NCBI RefSeq assembly: GCF_964194025.1 | Contig: NC_134470.1 | Coordinates: 76,384,001 to 76,448,000 of the forward strand | Direction: 5' to 3' | From: Convolutriloba macropyga | Lineage: Eukaryota | Length of the DNA: 64,000 nucleotides | Part shown: piece after piece, positions 53,791-64,000 of the stretch | Layout of the letters: each line of letters begins with the position of its first letter | How positions within the stretch are numbered: the stretch's first letter is position 1 | Notes under the pieces: generated by a model | Databases searched by the model: none | Told to the model about the DNA's origin: nothing | What the model saw: the letters and a program-made list of their open reading frames with translations, nothing else | Position numbers and translations under genes: made by a program

Positions 53791-54329
53791 AGGAGATGGT
53801 CAGAGGAATTTAGCTGCCCCATTGAGTACTCTAAGGAATTTGCCGGCTTGTTCGGGTTTACAACCGTACAGTAATGTAGGTTCCACTAACGTCCCAAGCG
53901 ATTTTCTGCATTGTGGGTTTTTTATTCCTACAACGTGGCCCCGCTCTAAGACCTCATTACAAGGTATTTGAGTACTTTTTCCTTAAATGCTTGTCTTTTA
54001 TAAGCCGCTTCTCTAAACAATTTGATTGAACGAGCGCTGCGAAGTAAATATTGGGCAGTTTGAGGTTATATTCAAATCATAGCGTTCCTACATTGCATCT
54101 TTTTTTATTATGCACTGTGGTATTTTTGGAGATTTTCTTTCGCACTTGCGGATTCTAGATCTACTTGTTAAAGTGGGCCAACATTTTACAAAATCGTGGC
54201 GCACTTAATCGACTGCGCCTAGATTTTACCAACTCTGTGTCGTACCGAGAATTTACTTTGCTAATAAGCTCAAAAACTAGCGCCATATTTGCTTTGAAAC
54301 AAGTCAAAAATACAAAAATAAACTCTATT

Positions 54330-54560
54330 TGACTGCTTAAAACGCAACCTATGGGCAGAAAACAGCAAATGCCCAGCATTTTTTGTCGACGGCGAAGTAC
54401 TCTAACAGGCAGATGGCATAAAACACATCATGTCCAAGTATCATATTGGTGTTTTCAAAGCAATTTGTAACCAGGTTTAACTCTTCGGGTTGTGGGTATG
54501 TTTCATGAAGTGCATTTATAATGATTACGTCGTCGCCTACCTGCAAATCTTCCTTCATGT
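54330..54560 (-). mobile_element. BEL/Pao protease-region fragment
   Basis: MILGHDVFYAI..LEY...AV plus a frameshifted LPIGCVLSS, resembling ILGQD...LPIGWVLSGP. Confidence 0.6.
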
Positions 54561-54679
54561 AAGAAACAGTTTGAAATGTTCGAATATTTGGTTGTCGCTT
54601 CTTGTTACAGTCATTTTTTCCAAATTGTTGTCAATAGCCTCCTCGGTATTTACAACCCTGTCGCACACAGAGTTAGTTG

Positions 54680-55272
54680 CGCTAAGCCTTAAAAGAAAGC
54701 ATCCAAGCGTATGGATATGAGGTGACTGAAAAGTGGCATTAACTCTCAGAAGAGTTTGAGAACCTCTTAAAATGACCAAGAAAGCTCAAATTACGTTTGA
54801 GAAAATCTGAAATCAGCTCTAAGACAAATTTGATCCTTGCATCCGTCATGTAGTGGATAATATTGACGAGATTTACAAAGATTTCTGTCAGAACTCAAGT
54901 GCACAAGCCTATCTGGGTGCTCAAATTTTAGAAGAACCTTACATAGGTGGTATTACGTTCAACTGCGTAGCTCCCGGAAAACCATATCGCCATGTGGATA
55001 ATCTATCCGGAGGTGAAAAGACAATTGCAGCGCTGGCGGTTTTGTTCTGAATTCAAAGTTAGCAGCCGGTCCCGCTTAATGCTTTGGAAAACACTATCAT
55101 AGGAAAAGTAGTGCAATATATGAAGACCGAAAGCAGGAGTAAATTCCAATGTATTGTAATATCTCTAAATGATGTGTTCTTCACTAATACTGAGACATTG
55201 ATTGGCGTTTATTCCACAATTCGAGAAACAGAGCACATGAGTCAAGTTTTAACCTTGGGTCTGAACCGGTAG
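54680..55272 (+). pseudogene. SMC1: Intronless disabled SMC1 (cohesin) C-terminal head fragment
   Basis: [48 protein letters not shown]...ALENT.IGKV..Y...FQCIVISL...LIGVY. In-frame stops, a frameshift near 54770, and loss of the FFVLDEID Walker B segment. Confidence 0.92.
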
Positions 55273-55699
55273 GATGAACAAAAGACAAATGTGAATTTTG
55301 AAATCAACGTTTGAAAGGTTTCTAACTAACAGTTAAGCTGTACATCTCAATAGCTCTCAAATGGGAATCAGTTAACTTTTTGTGTTTTTCTTCTAAAATA
55401 ATCTTGACAAAAGATTTCCTCAAGCGCTTGAATTTTAGGTGGTTTTAGCTGCTCTCATTCCGCAATATGATTTTTAGTTCAACCAAAGCCGATGGTTAGA
55501 GAATAGATGACAAAAAACTGATACCTTAGTGGTTAATGCCTCCGTGGAATTAACACAATCGGACTCAGTTGGTCGAGCTTTAAATCCTACCCTCGGATTT
55601 TTGCACCAATAAAGATAAACCTGTCTAGTCTACATCCCCTGATTAAAATTGCGCCACCTGTCATTTTAAAGCAAATTTTTCCGACCGTAGTCGTTTTAC

Positions 55700-58600
55700 G
55701 TTTAGCTACTTTCTGCGTTAGATTTTTCCCAGTTTGGTGCTGGTAATGGTGCTGGTAATTGGCAAAACAGTACAAAATACTAATTTTGCCGTCAAAAAAA
55801 TAAATGTATAGTGTTCTTAAACAAAAACTCAGCGGCAATTTTTGAGTAAACAATCTAATATAGAATGCCTTTGAAGGATTTGTATAAATCAATTTGTTCC
55901 AGTCAATAAGAATAAAAATAATTAAGAATAAGAATGCATTAAAAAATCTTGAGACGATACACAAATTGCAAATATATTCTAACATTGCAAATTACATTCT
56001 AACAATCGCAATGATAAGCTGAGTTGAGATTAGTGCTTTGCCGCTCACTGAACTAAATCTATAGTGATCCTAACACAATTTTCTAATGACAAGCGAGCTC
56101 TAGTTAAATGTGCACCAAAAACTCTGAGACAAAACAAGCGAGTTTCATAAAAGTAGAATTCATTTTTATCCACGGCTATGGTATTGATTTCGATAAATTT
56201 GTCTGTCTTGGTTTATTTCTAAATTTCCTTCATCTGAAATTTAAAAATAAACAGATCTTTTATTTTAATCAAATTCTCCATGCCCTTCATATAATTCTGT
56301 TCAATTTTCTTAGTTCAATTTCTAAGTTTTTAGTTAACTTCGATTACCACTAAAGCCCAAATAACAGTAAATGTATTTATTAGAGCCAAAACTCAAAGTT
56401 TCCAACAGTTTGAGCGTTTCTTATTTGGGGTATGTTGGCTTAGCATCAATACCCACAAGTCAACAGTCGTTCTCTCACCAACATCATTTTCGAGACGCTG
56501 CGCTAATGTACTTTCATACTCGTTCCGAAACTACTAAAAACTACATGGAACTAAGGCTAAACGCACATGTAGATGAAATTGCCAACAAAGATCTACATAA
56601 AGTTCACGTTGTCAAGTTGAGACAATTAGGATTCGACCTGAAAAGTGACAAACCAAAAAAACTTTGTGCATTTCAAAAAAGGGATCAGTGCACCTATCAA
56701 TCGGCCAACGGGCCAGAAATTTCCGTATTAGCTTTTACCGGTGACGGAGGAGCCGGTGCTACAGTTGATCACTTTTATGTTGACAAAGAAGTAGCTGGAT
56801 AAAATATTCCATATATTTCATGATATTCTCTAAATTTGTCTATCTTTAAATGACAAGAACCACCATTCAATGCAACTCTCGATTTTGAACGCTACATCAT
56901 ACGGAATTAGGCTAGAAAACAATCTCTACTACAAAAATAGTGCCCCACAAAAAAGAGAGGGAGACAAAGGTACTGGAAATTGGCAAAACATTACTGATTA
57001 TCATTTCCGCAAAAAAAAATACTTTTCCTAAATCAAAATTCAGCGGCAATTTATATAAATTATAAAAACAATTCTAATGCTTTCGCATGATTTGTGTAAT
57101 ACCCAATTTCTTACAATCATTGAGAAATGCCGCTATTAAAAACATTTAACTGTTTCACAGATTGCAAATATATGCATTTTGGTGATCTTTTAAAAAGCAC
57201 AAATTAAAACTCAATAGGGATTTTATCTCTTATCGTTTACGAAACTAAATTGATAGTGTTCCCGATCCAAGACTCTAATGAAAAGCATGCTCTATTTAGA
57301 TGTGCACCAAAAACTTAGAGACAAAAAGTAACCGAGTTTTATAAAACTAGATGCATTGTGATCCACAGCTTTGATATTGACTTGACAAATTTTGTTTTTC
57401 TTGGTTGAATTCTAAATGCCCTTCGTCTTTTTTCAAAAAAAAATCTCAACTTTTTATCAAGAGCTTCTACCCTTCAAATATTTCTCTTCACCTTCCTCTG
57501 TTTAATTTTTATTTTTGTAGATGCTTCCGATGACCGCTAACGCTAAAATAACAATAAAATTTCTGGAGCTTTAGAACTAGAGCCAGGACACACAGTTTTT
57601 GCTAGTTTGAGCACCTCATTTTGTGGTATGTTGGAGTACCATCAATACTCGCTAGTCAACAGCCGTTTTTTCTCCAGCATCATCGTCGAGACGCTGCGCT
57701 AATGTACTTTCATACTCTTTCCGAAGCTAATAGAAACTAAATGGAACCAAGGCTAAAGGCACTTGGAGATGACTTTGCCAACCCAAATCTACATTATTTT
57801 CACGTTGTTAAGTTTATACAATTAGGATTCCACCTGAAAAGTGACAAACCAGAAAGTTTTTGTGCCTTTTCAAAAAAAGGGGTCAGTGCACCTATAAATC
57901 AGCCTACGGGCCAGCAATTGCCGTATTAGCTTTTACCGGTGACGGAGGAGCCCGTGCTACAGTTGATCACTTTTGTGTTGACAAAAAAGTAGCTGGATAA
58001 AATATTCCATATTCTTCATGATATTCTCTACAATCGTCTATCTTTAAATGGCAAGAACCACCATTCAGTTTTCAATGCAACTCTCGATTTTGAACGCTAC
58101 TTCATACCGAATTAGGCTAGAAAACAATCTCTACTACAAAATTAGTGCCCCACAAAAAAGAGGGAGACAAAGTTACTGGTAATTGGCAAAACATTACTGA
58201 TTATTTTTTCCGCAAAAAAAGAATTACTTTTCCTAAATCAAAATTCAGCGGCAATTTATATAAAATATAAAAACAATTCTAATGCCATCGCATGATTTGT
58301 GTAATACCCAATTTCTTACAATCATTGAGAAATGCCGCTATTAAAAACATTTAACGATTTCACAGATTGCAAAAATATGCATTTTGGTGATCTTTTAAAA
58401 GGCACAATTTAAAACTCAATAGGGATTTTATCTCTTATCGCTTACGAAACTAAACTGATATTGTTCCCGATCCAAGACTCTAATGAAAAGCATGCTCTAA
58501 TTAGATGTGCACCAAAAATTCAGAGACAAAAAGTAACCGAGTTTTATAAATATTGACTTGAAAAATTTTGTTTTTCTTCGTTGAATTCTAAATGCCCTTC

Positions 58601-61600
58601 GTCTTTTTTTCAAAAAAAGTAGATCTCAACGTTTTATCAAGAGCTTTTACCCTTCAAATATTTCTCTTCACCTTCCTCAGTTTAATTTTTATTTTTGTAG
58701 ATGCTTCCGATGACCGCTAACGCTAAAATAACAATAAAATTTCTGGAGTTTTAGAACTAGAGTCAAGGCACACAGTTTTTGCCAGTTTGAGCGCCTCATT
58801 TTGCGGTATGTTGGAGTACCATCAACACCCGCTAGTCAACAGACGTTCTTTCTCCAACATCATCGTCGAGACGCTGCGCTAATGTACTTTCATACTCTTT
58901 CCGAAGCTAATTGAAATTAAATGGAACCAAGGCTAAAGGCACTTGGAGATGACTTTGCCAACAAAAATCTACATTATTTTCACGTTGCTAAGTTTATACA
59001 ATTAGGATTCTACCTGAAAAGTGACAAACCAGAAAATTTTTGTGCCTTTTCAAAAAAAGGGGTCAGTGCACCTATCAATCAGCCTACGGGCCAGCAATTG
59101 CCGTATTAGCTCTTAACGCTGACGGAGGAACCGGTGCTACAGTTGATCACTTTTGTGTTGACAAAGAAGTAGCTGGATAAAATATTCCATATTCTTCATG
59201 ATATTCTCTACATTCGTCTATCTTTAAATGGCAAGAACCACCATTCAGTTTTCAATGCAACTCTCGATTTTGAACGCTACATCATACGGAATTAGGCTAG
59301 AAAACAATCTCTACTACAAAAATAGTGCCCCACAGACAAGAGAAGGAGACAAAGGTACTGGTAATTGGCAAAACATTACTGATTATTATTTCCGCAAAAA
59401 AAGAATTTGTTTTCCTAAATCAAAATTCAGCGGCAATTGATATAAAATATAAAAACAATTCTAATGCCTTCGCATGATTTGTGTAATACCCATTTTCTTC
59501 CATTCTCTTAAGAAATGCCGCTCTTCAAAACATTTTAGCGATTGCACAGATTGCAAATATAGGCATTTCGGTAAACTTTAAAAAGCACAATTAAAAAATC
59601 AAAAGAGGTTAATTCTCTTGCTGCTCACAAAACTAAATTAATAGTGTTCCCAACCCAAGACTCTAATGAAAAATGTGCTCTTATAAAATGTGCACCAAAT
59701 ACTTAGCGACAAAACGAAACCGAGTTTTATAAAACTAGATACATTATGATTCACGGCAAACTAGATACTATATGATTTTCCCGTTGACACAGGAGCCGAT
59801 GATATAGTGGATCATTTTTGTATTGATAAAGAAGTAGCTGGATAAAATGTCCCATATTCTTCATGGTATTCTCATATTTCGTCTATCCTCAAGTGGCAAG
59901 AACAACCACTCATATTTCAAACCAACTCTCGATTTTGAATACAACATCGTACGAAATTTGGGTAGAAAAAAAACTCAGTTGACACAATCTATACTACAAA
60001 AATAGAGCACCACAAAAAGGAGAGGGAGACAAAAGTACTGTCAATTGGCAAAACAGTACTAATTATTAATTTTGCAGTCGAAAAAAATAGTTCTCCCAGA
60101 TCAAAATTCAGCGGGAAGTTGTGAGTTATAAATAAATTAAAAAACAATACAGCGGAAATCATGTCTTCGCATGATTTGGATAAAACTATATTTCTTCCAT
60201 TCGCTGAAGAAATGCCGCCATTCAAAATATTTTAACTATTGCACAGATTGAAAATATATGCATTTCGGTAACCTTTCAGAAAGCACAATTAAAAGTTCAA
60301 TAGGGGTTAATTCTTTTGCTGCTCACAAAACTAAACTTATAGTGTTCCCAACCCAAGACTTGAATGAAATGAAACATGTGCTCTTATTAAATGTGCACCA
60401 AATACTTAGCGACAAAAACCAAACCGAGTTTTATAAAACTAGATGCATTATGATTTACGGCTTTGATGTTGACTTGAATGATTTTGTTTTCCTTGGTTTA
60501 TTTCAAAATTCCCTTCGTCGTTATTTAAGAAAAATATATCTTTACGTTTAATCAAGTGCTTCTACCCTTTATATATTTTTCTTCACTTTCCTCAGTTTGA
60601 TTTTTATTTTTATAAATGTTTGCGATGACCGCTAATTCCAAAATAACAAAAAAATTTCTGGAGCTTTAAAAGTAAAATTTCTGAAGTCTTTATGCCTACG
60701 TTTGAATTGTGTAATACCCAATTTCTTCCAGTCATTGAGAAAAGCCGCTATTCAAAACATTTTAACGATTGCACGGATTGCAAAAACATGCATTTCGGTA
60801 ACTTTTAAAAAGCACAATTAAAAACTCAATAGAGGTTATTTTTTTGCTGCGCACAAAACTAAACTTATAGTGTTCCCAACCCAAGACTTTAATGAAATAT
60901 GTGCTCTTATTAAATGTGCACCAAATACTTAGCGACAAAACGAAACCGAGTTTTATAAAATTAGATGCATTATGATTTACGGCTTTGATGTTGACTTGAA
61001 TGATTTTGTTTTCCTTGGTTTATTTCAAAATTCACTTCGTCGTTATTTAAGAAAAATATATTTTTACGTTTAATCAAGTGCTTCTACCCTTCATATATTT
61101 TTCTTCACTTTCCTCAGTTTCATTTTTATTTTTATAAATGCTTGCGATGACCGCTAATTCCAAAATAACAAAAAATTTTCTGGAGCTTTAGAAGTAAAAT
61201 TTCTGAAGTCTTTATGCCTTCGTTTGAATTGTGTAATACCCAATTTCTTCCAGTCATTGAGAAATGCCGCTATTCAAAACATTTTAACGATTGCACAGAT
61301 TGCAAAAATATGCATTTCGGTAACCTTTAAAAAGCACAATTAAAACTCAATAGAGGTTAATTTTTTGCTGCTCACAAAACTAAACTTATAGTGTTCCCAA
61401 CCCAAGACTTGAATGAAATGAAACATGTGCTCTTATTAAATGTGCACCAAATACTTCGCGACAAAAACGAAACCGAGTTTTATAAAACTAGATGCATTAT
61501 GATTTACGGCTTTGATGTTGACTTGAATGATTTTGTTTTCCTTGGTTTATTTCAAAATTCCCTTTGACGTTATTTAAGAAAAATAGATCTTGAAGTTTAA

Positions 61601-64000
61601 TCAAGCGCTTCTTCCCTTCATATATTTCTCTTCCTTTTTCCTCTGTTTAATTTTTATTTTCATAGATGCTTCCGAAGACTGCTAACGCCAGAATAACAGT
61701 GAAATTTCTGGAATTTTAGAAGTAGAGCCAGAACACACAGTTTTTGCCAATTTGAGCACCTCTTTTTGGGGTATGTTGGAGTAGCATTAATACCCGCCAG
61801 TCAACAGTCGTTCTTTCTTGAACATCATCTTCGAGACGCTGCGCTAATGTGATTTCAAACTCTTACCGAAGCTACTAGAAACAACATTGAACCAAGGCTA
61901 AAGGCACTTGGAGATGACTTTACCAACAAAGATCTACATTAACTTTACGTTGTTAAATTGATACAATTAGGATTTGACCTGAAAAGTGACAAACCAAAAA
62001 AACTTTGTGCCTGTTCCAAAAAGGGATCAGTGCACCTATCAATCGGCCAACGGGCCAGCAATTGCCGTATTAGCTTTTCCCGTTGACGGAGGAGACGGTG
62101 GTAGAGCCGACCACTTTTGTTTTGCCAAAAAAATAGAAGTATATAATACCTCATATTTTCCATGATATTCTCTAATTTCATCTCTCCTTAAATGGCGAGA
62201 AAGTATGATCAATTTTCATTCCATTTCTTGATTTTAAATGCTACAAAATACGGAATTTGAAGTGAAGTTAAAATGCGCTCAACTGACACAATGTCTTCTA
62301 CACACACACACAGTGCCTCACAAACAAAAAAGAGAGAGAGAGAAAGGTGCTGGTAGTTTGTAAGAAAGTACTAATTATTGCTTTTGCAAGCAAAAAAAGA
62401 TTTAGTGTTTTTAAACCAAAACTCAGCAACAATTCTAAGTTAGAACTAAAACAGAAACAATTCTTATATGAAATGCCTTTGCTTGATCTGTATAATACCC
62501 ATTTTCTTCCATTCTCTTAAGAAATGCCTCTATTCAAAACATTTTAGCGATTGCACAGATTGCAAATATATGCATTTTTCGGTAACCTTTAAAAAGCACA
62601 ATTAAAAACTCAATAGAGGTTAATTTTTTTGCTGCTCACAAAACTAAACTTATAGTGTTCCCAACCCAAGACTTTAATGAAACATGTGCTCTTATTAAAT
62701 GTGCACCAAATACTTAGTGACAAAACGAAAACGAGTTTTATAATACTAGATACATTATCATTTACGGCTTTGATTTTGGCTTGAATGATTTTGTTTTCCT
62801 TGGTTTATTTCAAAATTCCCTTTGTCGTTATTTATGAAAAATAGATCTTCACGTTTAATCAAATGCTTCTACCCTTCATATATTTCTCTTCACTTTCCTC
62901 TGATTACTTTTTATTTTCATAGATGCTTCCGAAGACCGGTAACGCCAGAATAACAGTTAAATTTCTGGAATTTTAGAAGTAGAGCCAGAACACACAGTTT
63001 TTGCCAATTTGAGCACCTCCTTTTGGGGTATGTTGGAGTAGCATTAATACCCGCCAGTCAACAGTCATTCTTTCTCGAACATCATCTTCGAGACGCTGCG
63101 CTAATGTACTTTCATACTCTTTCCAAAGCTACTAGAAACTAAATGGAACCAAGGCTAAAGGCACTTGGAGATAACTTTGCCAACAAAAATTTACATTAAA
63201 TTCACGTTGTTAAGTTTATACAATTAGGATTTGACCTGAAAAGTGACAAACCAGAAAAGTTTTATGCCTTTTCAAAAAAGGGATCAGTGCACCTATCAAT
63301 CAGCCAACGGGCCAGCAATTGCCGTATTAGCTTTTCCCGTTGACGGAGTAGACGGTGGTAGAGCCGACCACTTTATTTTTGCCAAAGAAATAGACGTATA
63401 TAATACTTCATATTTTCCATGATATTCTCTCCTTTCATCTATCCTTACATGGCGAGAATGTATGATCAATTTTCATTCCAATTCTTGATTTTAAAGGCAA
63501 CAAAATACGGAATTTGAAGAAAAGTTAAAATGCGCTGAACTGACACAATGTCTTCTACACACAAAGTGTCCCACAAACAAAAAAGAGAGAGAGAGAGAAA
63601 GGTACTTGTAGTTAGTAAAACAGTACTAATCACTGCTTTTGCAGCCAAAAAAAGATTTAGTGTTCTTAAACAAAAACCCAGCAACAATTCTTAGTTAGAG
63701 CTAAAACAGAAACAATTCTTATATTGAATGCCGTCGCTTGATTTGTATAATACCCATTTTCTTCCATTCTCTTAATAAATGCCTCTATTCAAAACATTTT
63801 AGCGATTGCACAGATTGCAAATATATGCATTTTTTGGTATCCTTTAAAAAGCACAATTAAAAACTCAATAGAGGTTAATTTTTTTGCTGCTCACAAAACT
63901 AAACTTATAGTGTTCCCAACCCAAGACATTAATGAAACATGTGCTCTTATTAAATGTGCACCAAATACTTAGCGACAAAACGAAACCGAGTTTTATAAAA
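55700..64000. repeat. Modular tandem array (~1.18-1.26 kb units with ~0.52 kb sub-duplications) containing a Ty3/gypsy gag fragment on the + strand
   Basis: MEPRLKALG recurs at 57741/58921 (1180 bp apart), with related copies at ~56545, ~61888 and ~63143. The translation FEHLLLGYVGVALIPASQQSFFLEHHLRDAALMYFHTLSKATRN..LKAL.D.F...HVVK..QLGFD resembles a retrotransposon gag domain. Confidence 0.85.

Noticed and set aside
56660-56710. Helitron Rep motif (FQKRG.VH) in the terminal array
   Set aside because: It needs a frameshift, lacks the second His and other Rep motifs, and the upstream frame fits gag better.

Overview
This is an AT-rich, repeat-dominated eukaryotic window, probably from an invertebrate metazoan (BEL/Pao relics, an animal-type SMC1 fragment, GT-AG introns). 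It has three assembly gaps (390-522, 5665-5864, 22878-23007). Most of it is decayed transposon sequence: a CR1/L2-type LINE with a degenerate 2A-like peptide, BEL/Pao and Ty3/gypsy fragments, probable hAT relics, and three CMC/EnSpm-type non-autonomous elements with clear TIRs and 2-bp TSDs. Several TE fragments have been amplified into kb-scale tandem arrays. The one convincing host gene is a minus-strand spliced gene starting at 41955. It appears to encode one or two NERD/PD-(D/E)xK-like domains with substituted catalytic residues, a Schlafen/UvrD-like SF1 helicase, and possibly a C-terminal ankyrin-like helical repeat region. This architecture resembles nuclease-helicase immune or defence proteins and is the best candidate for an undescribed system. 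A disabled, intronless SMC1 C-terminal copy lies at about 54.7-55.3 kb. All domain calls come from manual motif reading, not database searches.
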